Source: Eledone cirrhosa (taxonomy: Eukaryota). Taken from it: a stretch of 64,000 nucleotides of DNA. The number at the start of each line of letters is the position of its first letter. Position 1 is the first letter of the stretch. A program made the position numbers and the translations under genes. Below, piece after piece: positions 40,248 to 53,312 of the stretch. Where the stretch lies: the NCBI GenBank assembly GCA_964016885.1, contig OZ024741.1:173290001-173354000 (forward strand), in the 5' to 3' direction. The notes below the pieces were generated by a model. The model was not told the origin of the DNA and did no database searches. It saw only the letters and a list, made by a program, of their open reading frames with translations.

Positions 40248-40347
40248 TAAATGATTTATGTAATATCATCATCTTTTTTAATGTTATTATTATATATATA
40301 TATATATATCATCATCATAATCATCATTTTACGTCCGCTTTTCCCTG

Positions 40348-40381
<34 letters not shown>

Positions 40382-40530
40382 AGAGAGAGAGTATGCAGTT
40401 CTGAGAGTGGGGAAATCACTAATCATAGGAGTACTTAATGCATGGGGAGATGCAAAATGAATATAGAGATAGGTAAAATCTCGACTGCAGTGCCAAGTAG
40501 TTTCAGGTTGTGTCATGTATATATATATAT

Positions 40531-41358
40531 AGAATTCACAAGAATCAAAGCTATGTTCAAAGCATTTATTCACTTACAATTGTTTTATCCAAACCTAGGC
40601 TTGGAGACTTCGGAGCATTTTTCAATGTTTGTACACATAATTGACCTCCTTTCCAACGCAAGAGACATACAGATACATATATATATTGATGTACAGTGGA
40701 GTGGCATATATTATACTATACTATTTTTGTACAGCAATTCAAATTCAAAATCAAAATCAAAATCAAAATCAAAATTAAAATTAAAATTAAAATTAAAATT
40801 AAAATTAAAATTAAAATTAAAATCAAAATCAAAATTAAAATACATTCAGAATCATCGTTACTTATGTGATGGATGTAGAAACTATATCTTACTTTTTCTG
40901 AATGTGAAAATGATGGTGGATACGAAAACCATAACTTTCTTTTGCTTCTTCTTTTTCTTTTTATTTTTCTGCACACATACTTTTTTGTTCTATACAAAAG
41001 ATACCTTACCACTACAACCACCATAATAATCTTGCTTACCCGCTTAAAGTGCTTGCATTACGTGTTACACCCTGCCACACAATAATAGTATAAAAATGAG
41101 ACACACTTGCATGCTCCATGTGTAACTAACGTATACACTACCTACTAGATCTGACTATCAAACTATCCTCTTGCATTAACTGTGTTATCTGTCGAATGTA
41201 TTTCAATTTTAATTTTGATTTTTATTTTAATTTTAATTTTAATTTTTATTTTTATTTTTATTTTTATTTTTATTTTTATTTTTATTTTTATTTTTATTTT
41301 GAATTTGAATTGCTGTACAAATATAGTATAGTATAATATATGCCACTCCACTGTACAT

Positions 41359-41400
<42 letters not shown>

Positions 41401-41542
41401 CTGTATGTCTTTTGCGTTGGAAAGGAGGTCAATTATATGTACAAACATTGAAAAATGCTCCAAAGACTTCAAGCCTAGGTTTGGATGAAACAGTTGTAAG
41501 TGAATAAATGCTTTGAACATAGCTTTGATTCTTGTGAATTCT
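40531..41542. repeat. Inverted repeat with ~300-bp arms (40531-40826 / 41197-41542) containing hexamer repeats
   Basis: agaattcacaagaatcaaagc... versus ...gctttgattcttgtgaattct; (TTAAAA/TCAAAA)n in the arms. Confidence 0.9.
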
Positions 41543-41716
41543 ATATAACTGCTCTGTAGAACAACTGATGTTATTACATTGAGCTATTTATCTTACTGGT
41601 AATAAGGTAGTAATAAATTACTGACCTTCACTGTTTAGGGTTTAAAATATACATAACTATAAAAAGTTTTAATATATACATAACCATAAATATTTCCCTA
41701 ATATTATATATATATA

Positions 41717-41977
41717 CTAGAAAAAGAGCCTGTCGTTGCTGGGGGCACTTTTCGCCACTGTAAATAAAGACCCCGCTCTCTCATCAACAGGGCCGTCTTT
41801 AAATAACCCCAGAATTCTGCTATTTTAGAGAAGAGCAAGATTTCAACTATATGTTGACATGCTCCAGGAGCTAAATAACCTACGTATCAAATTTGAACAA
41901 AATCGGATGGAAACTGTGGAAATGCAATGCCTGCATACAGACAGACTGATGGACATTTTCGTTTTTATATATATAGA
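41717..41977 (-). mobile_element. Non-autonomous Helitron (~260 bp)
   Basis: Minus strand 5' TCTATATATATAAAA, (GTCT) repeat, 3' CTAG, inserted between A and T. Confidence 0.75.
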
Positions 41978-43149
41978 TATACATATATTTACATATCATC
42001 ATCATCATCATCATTTTTACATCTGTTTTTCCATGACAAAACAGAGACACAAAAACAGTTTGTGATATTAGGTTCACACTTTGGATGAAAGAGAAAATTC
42101 CAACACATCGTATGATAATCCTTCGTCAAGAGACTACAAGTAGATAGATTAGAAAATAAAAAATAGAAAAATGAGAGGCATGTGAGTGTGTCTGTGTGTG
42201 TTGTTTTTAATATTTTGTGTGTATCAGCGTATATATTAGTGGAATGGTCTATACATAGTTTGTGATGGTGTCTAAGTGTGTCCAACTGTATTAACATTGT
42301 GTATGAGTGTGGTTTGTCTGTGTATGTATCAAATATTAGTGAGAAATATATATTTGTGACATACAAAAAAAAGCACTCGGTCCACCCTGTAAGGTGGTCA
42401 TGCTGGTGACAACAAAAAACGCCCAGTCTACCCTGCAAGGTGGTTGTGCTTGTGATATGACAAAAATCACCTAGTTCACCCTGAAAGATGTTCTTGCTGG
42501 TGACACAATATAAAGCATCCATTTCACATTGTAACATGATTGGTGTTAGCAAGGGCATCCAGCCATAGAAACCAAGCCCCCCAAAAAACCATATCCATAT
42601 GAGCAAGACATGGTCACCTAACCTGACTTGCCTCATAATGTGACCACCTATCTAGCCCATGCAAGCATGGAAAATAGACATTAAACATTGATGGTGATAT
42701 GTATATATATATATGCTTTCACATTCACAACTAAGTCCATGCTGGAGCACTGTCATATATGTGTGTGTGTAAGAAAGAAAGAGAGATAACCAGTATTATG
42801 TATTCAAACATTAAGGTTTCATATAATGAACACGCTGGTGATCATTTTTGCTTGTACATTGCCCTTTCTTTGCCATATTTCTAATGAAAAACACTACCTA
42901 TGATTTTCAAATAATTTTGAAAATAAACAAGAACATTGAGGAATTTAATAATATAAGTAACTTTCTAATTATTAAGCTGGTGTTTGAAACATAAATTAAT
43001 AAAGGTTCTTATGTAAAAATATTATGAAAGGTTTTTTAGATAAATATAAAGACTTGATGAGTGTCATAGAACTAGAGATAGTTACAGATGATTTGGTATA
43101 AAAATGGTTAATGAACTAAACAGGAGTCCATAAAATATCAAGCTATTCA

Positions 43150-43530
43150 TCATCATTTAATGTCCACTTTTTTATACTTGCACTTTTCATAGGTTGCCCA
43201 GGTTTTTTTCGGTCTTCCTCTACAGCAACCTCTTTCCACTGGCATCACCTGGCACTTCTTCACCCAGTGTTCCTCAACCATACACATCACGCGTTCAGAC
43301 CAGCACAGTACATTAGATTCCTCTTGCACAGTACATTAGATTCCTTTTATACTTAGCTTTTGTCTCAGTTCATTCACACTTTGTTGTTCATTCATGTTAA
43401 TATTAAACATCCAATGGAGCATGCTCACTTCATTTCTCTCCAGTCTCTGTATCTCCCCTACATCGGCTACATATGTCTCACTACCATGCAATATAGCACT
43501 TCCCATATCATACAATCTATCCATCACACA
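43150..43530 (-). mobile_element. Diverged RTE 3' fragment
   Basis: RLYD...ILHGSET...RLERNEVSMLHWM...ELRQKLSIKGI. Confidence 0.8.
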
Positions 43531-43965
43531 TAGAGAAACATCTTATACATTAAATTTACTCTGGATCAATGATTGCAGGAAAATGCATATGTAATTCTTA
43601 TGTTATGTTGTGCCATTGGTAAAGAAAACAGATATGTTTCTGAAATACTATATAAACTACTTTTATGTTTGTCAGGATTTGTTTTCAATCCTCTAGTGAA
43701 GCGAGCCAACCATATGGCAGATTAAATGCCACACTAAGATCCAGATATGTATATTATATATATGTACATTACATTATACAAACATACATTACATATGATA
43801 TACATATACATGCACATTGAACAAAATGATGTATAAGGCACTTTGGGGTTTTATAACTCAGCAAAACTAATGTAATATGTGTGTATGTATGTGTCTGTGT
43901 ATGCATGTGTGTGTGTGTATGTATGCACACGTGTACAGGCAGGTGTGGGTTTATGCATGCACCAG

Positions 43966-44010
<45 letters not shown>

Positions 44011-44213
44011 ATGTGTGTGTTTTAAGTGCATGCCTAAATATAGGCATGCACATAAAACTCTTGTTGCAGGTATGTCTGTGTGGTTAAGCAGTTTGATTTG
44101 CAGCCATGGATTTCAGGTTCAGTCCTACTTCATGGAACCTTGGGCTAGTGCCTTCTACTATAGTGCAATGCCTTGTGAGTAAAGTTGATAGGCAAAGACT
44201 GCTATATATATTA

Positions 44214-45221
44214 CTAGCAGCAGGATCCGGCATTGCACAGGGTAGGAAACGTGAAATAGCAACATGCATATGCAAAGAGGAATGTAGCTGTCTAATGTTT
44301 GAATTCCCTTATTCTCAGGGAATGATTGAGGAGCGATGTAGTCAATTGTGTGAAAACCAAGTAAGGATGTACGTTTAAGTAGGGATATTGTGATGACGAA
44401 ATCAGTGTGGCAATGCAGCTGCAGCAGAATGGGGTCATAGTGCAATTAGCACAAACACTACTGGTTTCACTGCGTTTACACAGCAACAAAGTTGCGACAA
44501 AAGGGGTCACCGTGGAATTAGCATAACTGCTGTCCGGCGTACTTGCGCAGGGTGTTCATACTGTGATGTAGGTGCAACAAAAAGGGTCTTAGTAGATGTA
44601 GCACAGACGTGAGTTTTACGGTGTCAATAACATGGCAACGTACACAAGGCACGGATTTGCACGTGATGAAAGCACGAAGCGTCAACAGGGTGCTGACAAA
44701 AGTTTTAAGGTCCTCCTCATTTCCTCAATCCCCTGAAAATGGTCCTGCTTAAAAGTAAGTGTTGTGTCCTCTGTTAAATAAACCAAATTTTTGACGAAAT
44801 ATTATATGTTACTTACGATGTTTAAGTAGCGTTCATATTGAAAATGAAAATGGCATGTAATACCCAATGCTAATTCGTAAATTTCCTAGAAACCATTAAT
44901 GGAATTGGAAATTTTTTTTTGTCCACAGCAATGTGAGAGGACTAACTAATGTGTGTTGCAAATTTTGAGGAAATCGGCTGGATTATCTTTAAGTTATGCC
45001 TCAAAAAAGCCTAAAAATGCCTAAAAAAATGCGTTTTTTCACCTAATGCAAGCCCTAGGGCAGAAAAGGTTTAAATATGTTTAGTCCATTGCACTTCAAG
45101 AAATATAAGTAATGCATGTGTAAAGTTTGAAAAAAATCGGTCGGGTACTTCTCGAGTTTTAGGGATTTACACAGACAGACAGGCAGACAGACAGACATCC
45201 TCTGTTTTATATATATAGAGA
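44214..45221 (-). mobile_element. Non-autonomous Helitron (~1 kb)
   Basis: Minus strand 5' TCTCTATATATATAAAAC, (GTCT)n, GC-rich subterminal segment, 3' CTAG, A|T target. Confidence 0.78.
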
Positions 45222-45542
45222 TGTATCATCATCACCATCATCATCATCATCATCATCATCACTATTTAATGTCCATTTTCAATGCTAGCATGGGTTAGAT
45301 GAGTTGTCCAGTTCTCAGAAATGCCAGGTCAGGTGACCATGTCTTGCTCATGTCACCATCATGACCACTTTATAGTGTGGGCTGGTGGCTTCACTAGATG
45401 TATGCTGCAGCTTCAGCTTGAGCCCATGGGAAGGCAGGCCTTCTGTATTACTGCATAATGCCAGAGATCTCAGTCCCGTATCATCGTCTTTGAGAGGTGC
45501 AATTGAGCAAGGTCAGCTTTTATCACTTCATCCCAAGTCTAT

Positions 45543-45584
<42 letters not shown>

Positions 45585-45860
45585 AGACTTGCTTTCCGTT
45601 AAGTTTAGACGCTAGATATATTTTAAATAATTATCTAAATTGTTTTTTAAAAGAAGTTTGCTATTAAAATTGAGGAAAAAAATATTTGAAGCTACTTTCG
45701 GAATATTTATAGAAATATGCATATATACGTCCAAAAATATTTACATGGGTATAGAAAGAATGAAATAATTATATTTTTTAATTTAATTTTATAATGTGGA
45801 AGTATTTATAATATTAAGGTGAGAACTATAAATTAATGTATTAAAATGAGAACTATTAAT

Positions 45861-46047
45861 CAGTGGATTGGCAGTATCGGTAGAGGGTCGGACGCCATGC
45901 TTTGACGCGTTGAGTTACGATCCCTTGCCATTCTGAGTTCAAATCCCGCCGAGGTTAACTTTGCCTTTCATCCTTACGGGGTCGATAAAATAAAGTACCA
46001 GTAATACACTGGGGTAATAGCTGGCCTTGTGCCAAAAGTAGAAACAA
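45861..46047 (+). mobile_element. Young tRNA-derived SINE copy
   Basis: Same family as 15765-15946. Confidence 0.88.
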
Positions 46048-46424
46048 TTATTACTCTTGACAAACGTCTATAGAGTTTTTCTATTGAGAAACACAAATAT
46101 CATACATAATTGATATTTTTTGATACCTTAAATACACATACACATCGGCACGTCCATGGATAAACATACATATATACATGTGGATCAGTGGACCCACCGA
46201 CATACACATGCAAATATATATGTATTAGTACATGTGCCTAGAGAAAGATCCTAGAAGATTATATAGTGGTATAAAATTTAGGTAAATAACTTTAAGAAGT
46301 TGTGATGATGGTTAATAAAGGGGGATTAGGTTAATAATGAGGGAAATGATAATAGTTACAAAAATAATAACAGTGATAAGAACAATGATAAGGTTGATGA
46401 TAAAAATGATAATAATTGTGGTAA

Positions 46425-46905
46425 TTAAGAGGATGTTGGCAGTGTATGTGAGTGGTTGATGGTTAAATTGGGGTCTGTCCATGGTATATGTCCGAATACC
46501 AGGGCGGACAATGTATATTTCTTTGCGTGTTGGCAGCTCACTATAATTTCCAATTTAAAATTAATTGCTAATTTTAATTTAATGATACTGCCAGGCACAA
46601 TCTGCAGTGGCTTCTTTCGATGGAATGTTGTGCCACGTGTCTCCTTATGGACCATCTGATCTTGTATTTTAGGTTTCTATCCTTGAGGTCCCAGATCAGG
46701 TCAGCCAGTCTAGTTTGGGAACGCTTGGGTCTGTTGTTGAAGGAGCTTCTGTGGTTATACAGTCGCTCCTTAAATGTCATTGAGGTTGCACCATTGTATG
46801 TGTATTCTTTAAACCTGGTCATGACATCACACTGGTAGACGATGTTCCTGATGAGGCACTCTCCATTCAGTGGGAACTCCTCTGGTTTTTTGCAGTTGCA
46901 CTTTG
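46425..46905 (-). pseudogene. Penelope-like GIY-YIG endonuclease remnant
   Basis: CNCKKPEEFPLNGECLIRNIVYQCDV...YNGATSMTFKERLYNHRSSF...LADLIWDLK...IRWSI...CRLCLA; homologous to 11600-12000. Confidence 0.85.
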
Positions 46906-47129
46906 CGGTGGTTGCATTAGTGGTATATTGTTAGTCTCATTGTGGTTAGTGTTGGTTTGTTGTTGCTCATTATTGCGTATTATTTGTGAGGAGAAGGAAA
47001 GTAGACAGACGGACAGATACAAAATTAAGAATGTTTTTCCAAATAGGAATGGATGAGAACCTCAGCTAAATAGAGTACTCAATACATTTATTAGTAAAGA
47101 AGTTACATATATATTTCATATCAAAATGA

Positions 47130-47176
47130 CTCCTATAGGACTAGAACTGTTTCATTCATTTGAAATCATCAGGAAA
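47130..47176 (-). ncRNA. Hammerhead motif related to 9742-9792
   Basis: Minus strand tttc-CTGATGA-tttcaaatgaat-GAAA-cag ttctagtc cta-TA-ggag; stems partly decayed. Confidence 0.65.
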
Positions 47177-47313
47177 TATGTAAGACATTTTCATTACTAC
47201 TATCCTTGTAGGTAAGAAATAGTTGCCCTTACCATACAATATAGGGAAGAGGCATATGTACAGAGTGTGGTGTTGCATGACTGTTGTAAGATCTGTTTGA
47301 TAGCCATTAAGTT

Positions 47314-47491
47314 GGATTGGCAGTATCAGTAGAGAGTCGGACGCCATGCTTTCCAGCATAGTTACGTCCCTTTACGGTCTGAGTTCAAATCCCGCCGAGG
47401 TTAACTTTGCCTTTCATCCTTACAGGGTCGATAAAATAAAGTACCAGTAATGTACTGGGTAATTGCTGGCCTTGTGCCAAAAGTAGAAACA
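47314..47491 (+). mobile_element. Young tRNA-derived SINE copy (TSD ATTAAGTT)
   Basis: Same family as 15765-15946. Confidence 0.88.
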
Positions 47492-47689
47492 ATTAAGTTA
47501 GGTAGCTGAATAGTACATGTAAGTGGGGATGATGATGATGAAAATGATGGCATTGATGATGATGATGGTGATGATGATGATGATGACGATGACGATGACA
47601 ATGACGACGACGGTAGTGGTGGTGGTGGTGGTGGTGGTGTCTTTCTTTTTTTGTTATACATAATTCTTTCCAAATCCATTTTCTTTCAG

Positions 47690-47851
47690 GTTCTCCAATT
47701 GATGGAAGAAGTGAAGATGAGAGAAATGCAAATATTTGATTTCAAGAAGAAAATAGCTGAGGCTGAAACAAAATTAAAACAACAACAAAATCTGTATGAA
47801 GCTGTGCGAAGTGATCGGAATCTTTACAGTAAGCACTTGATTGAATGTCAG
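47690..47851 (+). CDS. CFAP58: CFAP58 exon: VLQLMEEVKMREMQIFDFKKKIAEAETKLKQQQNLYEAVRSDRNLYSKHLIECQ
   Basis: ttcag|...|gtgagt; hallmark KLKQQQNLYEAVRSDRNLYSK. Confidence 0.96.
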
Positions 47852-49016
47852 GTGAGTTGAACGAATAATATTGTCTATTGATCCTTCTCAAAATGCTAAG
47901 CATTACCCAATTAATAAATCAAACACTTTATTAGTTAGTATTCTGATACAAAATGCAGCAAATTGACAGAGTCCTTAGAATGCTGGATAGAAAACTAAGC
48001 AGTATTTGTTTCAGCTTTCGGCACTCTCTGAAATCCCACAGAAGTCAACTTTGCTTTTCATCCTTTCAAGGTCAATAAAAAAGGTACCAGTACTGGGGTC
48101 GATTTTTACTTTATATTTCCTTTTCACTTTCTTTCTCTCTCTTTCCTTCTCTGGAAAAATCAATTATATTCATACCTGGAGATATGATGGGCCATGCCAG
48201 GTTTTCAAAAATTCCTAAGCTATACTGTATGTCATGACAGTGCCCCTACAATACCAATTGGGAGTTACTGGTCCATACATACATGACGGTTGCAACTCGA
48301 TTTGGAGTAATGTCATCGCTTGATACTTAAGCATGAGCATCATAAACGTGGCTTTTCAGTCCTGCTAGGGACTTGCCTATGGCCAGCAATGCCATGCATC
48401 GCAAAAGAATGTCAAATATCAAGTGATGCCTGTGCCTGAAACTTTTTTTAAGTGAAGAAAGGCTTTGCACGGGGCCAATCCCACTCTCTGAACATCAAAT
48501 GCAATTGCCCCAAAAGAAGAACTTGTCTACATCATTGGATGCAAACAAAGTCGCAGATTTTATATCAGATTGACCTTCTCCTACACACAAACACACACAT
48601 GCATATATTCTGATACAAACTAGTTTGGTGAGACATCAGCAGCTGTGATAGGTTGGCCACATTCAAAGACTTGCCAAAGATGCTTATGTACAAAGAATTG
48701 AAAGAAAGAACATGCCCAGCTGGAGCTCTGAGGGGGTGGTACAAGGATCAACCAAAGTGATTGGTAAAAATCTTTAATATTATTGTTTACGAAGCAGGTG
48801 GATTGACAGAATTGATAGAGTGTCAGATAAAATGTCATTGCATCTTGCGTGGTATCTTAGGCAAGTGTCATTTACCACAGCCTCAGCTTGATCCATTCCT
48901 TGTGAGGTGAGTGAAACTGAGTAGATAGAAACTGTTAGATGGGCTGTACCTGTAATTCAAAGGGTCAGCCTTGTAACACACTGTGCCATGCAGAATCTCT
49001 CTGAAAATTATGTTAA

Positions 49017-49236
49017 CCCTTTAGCTTTTACATTACTCTATATTTACTATTGTATTTTCGTGGTAAAAGCTTCACCTCACATAATTATTTCCCATAATAT
49101 CAAATCAATGAGATTTTGATGTTATTTATTTTGAGAAAAATACCTTAACATCAGTATGAGTGGCTAATTATGGCCAGTTTGAACAGAAAGAGGTGAGAGA
49201 AATCTGGCTGGGTATGGCTGGTTTAAGGCTAAAGAG
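49017..49236 (+). mobile_element. piggyBac-like MITE (TTAA TSD)
   Basis: ttaa-CCCTTTAGC...GCTAAAGAG-ttaa. Confidence 0.78.
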
Positions 49237-51752
49237 TTAAAGATACATGTTTGTAGAATGCTCAACCACTTGGATGTTGATTTTATGAGCTGGCTGTTCC
49301 ATTGATGGAATAACTGGAACACTCATCATCAAAATCAATGGAGGTCCAATCCATGTTGTTGTTACGTATCACAGCCGTGTATGTTTAGCTGGTTTCATTA
49401 TTGGAGGTTTTTTGGTTGGGTGTTTTGAAAATACTAGAATTTTTTTCAACACGCTGATGTGTGTATGAGCATATAAATATAAATGGGCAAACACAGACAC
49501 ACTTACAAAAATACACACACACACACAGACATACATTCACACAAATACACATACATTCACACAAACACACACATACGTTCACACAAACACACACTCATAC
49601 ACTCACACACAGCGTAGCAAATGGAACGCCAGCTGCTGTTTTACTATAGTTTTTTCACCACCCCTTCCTTCCTTTTACACACACATACCTTCACACAAAC
49701 ACATACACACACACATTGTGTGATGGATGGAAGTTGCTCAAATTTATATATTGATGGAGTCCCTTGTTTCATTATGTTACCACTTATCCAGGTAAAAAAA
49801 AAGAGATGGGATTTCAATTCAGAACACACAGAGCTAGAAAAGATCCTGATTTAATTTTGTCAATCCACCACCTTGGATTGGTTTTTTATTTATCAACCTC
49901 AAAAAGATAATAGTCAAAGCCAAAGTGCTTCAATAAATTATATAAAACCTTGAGTCAATGTGAAGGCTCCTCCAAACCAATGAGGAAGCTTTACACAGCA
50001 GGATTTAAACTCAGACAGCTGAGAGCTGAAACGAATACCACAAGATTTGCTGTTATAACCATTTTGCCAATTCACTACCTTCAGTAATTAGATTCTAGAA
50101 TATCCAACTTAGACTGAATAACCAAGAGGGGTTTGGTAGTTTCCATATCTTGATTCCAACGTGTAACGTTTGTTAATTTCTCTTGAGTTGATAATTGCAG
50201 CCATTATATGATACAATGGAGTTATAACTACAAGTTCTGCTAACTTATGGTAAATTGAGGTGGTCAGTTACATCAAACCACAACTCTGTTAACTAGCTCA
50301 ACAGTAATTAATAATTACCATATTGTTCCACAGTTTACAATGTGCATTCAAAATATTATTCCAAAATATGTGTAAATGTTGATTACTTGTATCATTGTGA
50401 ATGTTGATTATTTGTAACTTTGGTAGTCTGTAGCAATATAGTTTAATGGTTTGGACATAGGTGAAGCTGAGTGGTTAAGATGTTCACTTCACAATCAGGA
50501 GGTTTTAGGTTTAATCCCACTGCACAGCATCTTGGACAAATGTTTTTACCATAGCCTTTGGTCAACCGAAGCCTTGTGAGTGAAATTGGGTAGACAGAAA
50601 CTGTGTAGTAGCCTGTCAGATGATTTGTACCGCTAATTAAAAGGTACATGGTCTAGTTGTTATAATGTTTGTCATAAGGCCATGGATTCAATCCCCAGAT
50701 TGGATGGCATGTTGTGTGTAGAGTCAGACACAATGTTTGTTCCCTCTCTCTGTGTTCTGACTTTACCTCCCACTGAGACTTACTTGGGATGTAGACTTAC
50801 TCCATCACCCAGTTCAACACCACCACTTGACCCTTTGGTGTCTTCAGCAAAGACCTTACTATTGCAAGCATTTGGGGCAGGCTTTTGGGTTGATGATACC
50901 TTTCTCCTTCCCTCTCACCAGTTTCAGAGGCTTTAATATCATACTTATTTTCTCTCTCATCCACCTACTCACCCCAGTAGGGCAGAGAGAGGTCTTCAGT
51001 TGAGACAATGACCAGCAACCTCTCTGGTGATGGAGTCATGAAAATGTACCCAGTGAGGTGGTTGGTGGTAGGAAAGGCACCCTACTGTAGAAACCATACC
51101 AAAAAAGGTCAGGAGGCCACTTCAGTTGTGTCAAAGGCATTACAACCTCTTTAGTGTTGGTGATCTACCTAATAAATGCACACAATACTCTCCGCAAATT
51201 GGTTGGTGACAGGAAGGTCATCCAGCCATAGAAAACCTGCTAACCAAAGGATCAAGAGGGCTCTTCAGCAGTGGCGAAGACAGCAAACTCCCTAGTTCTA
51301 ATTTTACAATAAAATGTATTTTGTGGAGCGTGGGATCATATGTAAACAAGATGTAGGTTCATAATCCATCTGACAGGCCAGTAGCTTTGCTTAAGTAGTG
51401 ACTCTGTGAAAACCCATCCAACTCTTGCTAGCAAGGAAAATGGATGTGAAATGATGATGATGATGATGATATGTATCATCATCATTTAATGTCTGCTTTT
51501 CCATGTTCATAATATGGGTGTGTATGTGTGCTTGTTTCTGTGCAACACCATTTAAAGTTAAGCTTTTTTAATGACCCACATGAATAAATTGTGTTCCACA
51601 ACTTTGGGTTCAAGGATGTCATTAGAATAAATAATACTTAAAAATCTGTTGGCCTCAGAATTAGCATCTGGTCATAGGAACAAGTGCCTCAAGAATATCT
51701 CACCCAACCTATGCCAACATGTAGAAATGAACGTAAAATGATGATGATTGCA

Positions 51753-51815
<63 letters not shown>

Positions 51816-52647
51816 GTATATGGAGCTGAGAAAACACAGAAAAAAATGGTATTGTGTGGAAAAAGGTAACTTAGCCACTTGATAAAACATAATATAATCA
51901 ATATGAAATATATAATAAGTGGTAGATCAATAAAATCAGCTAAAACCCCTGAAATGATCCCAACATGGCAATGTTCTAAAGACTGAAATCAGTTTAAAGA
52001 AAATAATAATAATAATAATAATAACAATAATAATAATATTTTATTTATTAACCACAAGGGTTGACACAAAGCATAACATTAAGGACAGCACAGGATGGTA
52101 CAAATGGGTGTTTCTGTGTGTAGAAATGCAAAATATAAAACAAAAACAATGAATGTAACAAAATTTGGACAAATATTTAAAGTTTTAATTTATTTTTAGA
52201 GGCAATTTAAAATCCTTAATACAATTTTCCATTCTCTTCAGTCCAACTCTTCCTAGCATAATAAAACAGATGTTAAATGATGATAATGATGATAGTGATG
52301 GTGATGGTGGTGGTGGTGGTGGTGGTGGTGGTGATGGTGATATAGTAAAGATATAGTTGTTGTTGAAGATGATGATGATGGTCATGGAGATGAGGAGAAT
52401 GATTCTGATGCTGGTGTTTGTAGTGGTGATGATGATGATGATCATCATCATCATCATCATCATTTTACGTCCGCTTTTCCCTGCTTGCAAGGGTGGGACG
52501 GGTCTTATTCAGCACAGCATCTCTCCACTCGTCACGGTCCTTCGTCATCTCCACCGTGAGCTTCAATGATCTGAGGTCTGCTCTCACCACCTCCGCCCAT
52601 GTTTTTCGTGGTCTACCTCTACCACGTCTTCCTTCAACTGGCATTTC

Positions 52648-53010
52648 ATGATGATGGGGATGGTAATGTGAATGATTGTGATGATAGTGGTAGTGGTGGT
52701 GGTGGTAGTGATGATGTTGTTGATGATGATGATGGTGATGGTCATGGTCATGATGAGAATGATTCTGATGGTGGTGGTGTTAATGATGATGATAGGGATG
52801 GTGATGTAAATGATTGTGATCATAGTGGTGGTGGTGGTGATGGTGGTGATGGTGGTGTTGATGATGATGATGGTGGTCATGGTGATGATGATGGGAATGG
52901 TGATGATGAGAATGGTTGTGATCGTAGTGGTTGTGGTAGTGGTGGTATTGATGGTGATGGTGATGTTGTTGATGATGATAATGATGACTAATGATGATGA
53001 TATTGACGAT
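52648..53010. repeat. Degenerate (GAT/GGT)n tract
   Basis: Low-complexity trinucleotide tract ending just before the 53025 acceptor. Confidence 0.9.
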
Positions 53011-53024
53011 TATGCATTTTCTAG

Positions 53025-53312
53025 GATGAAATCACTGAAAAAAAGCGTAAACTGAAGATCATGAATCACCAGATTGACCAGCTGAAGGAGGAGATTCAAT
53101 CAAAGGAGAGCGCACTTGTACAGGAACAGACGGCTCGCGCCAGAGTGGAGAAAGAAAAGAGTGCTTTGAAAGTTGAGCTCCAAAGTATGAAGATCAAAGC
53201 AACGGAGACGGAGGCCTACATAAACACTCAAGAGTCTGAAAAAATAAAATTAAAGAAGATCATCAGGGATGCAGATGTTGAAAGGTGCCGTCAAAAGAAG
53301 GAGTTAGATCAG
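53025..53312 (+). CDS. CFAP58: CFAP58 exon: DEITEKKRKLKIMNHQIDQLKEEI...QKKELDQ
   Basis: ctag|...|gtaata; 288 nt. Confidence 0.95.

Noticed and set aside
40737-40820. Telomere-like hexamer repeat
   Set aside because: (TTAAAA/TCAAAA)n lacks the G-rich telomeric pattern and is internal to an inverted element
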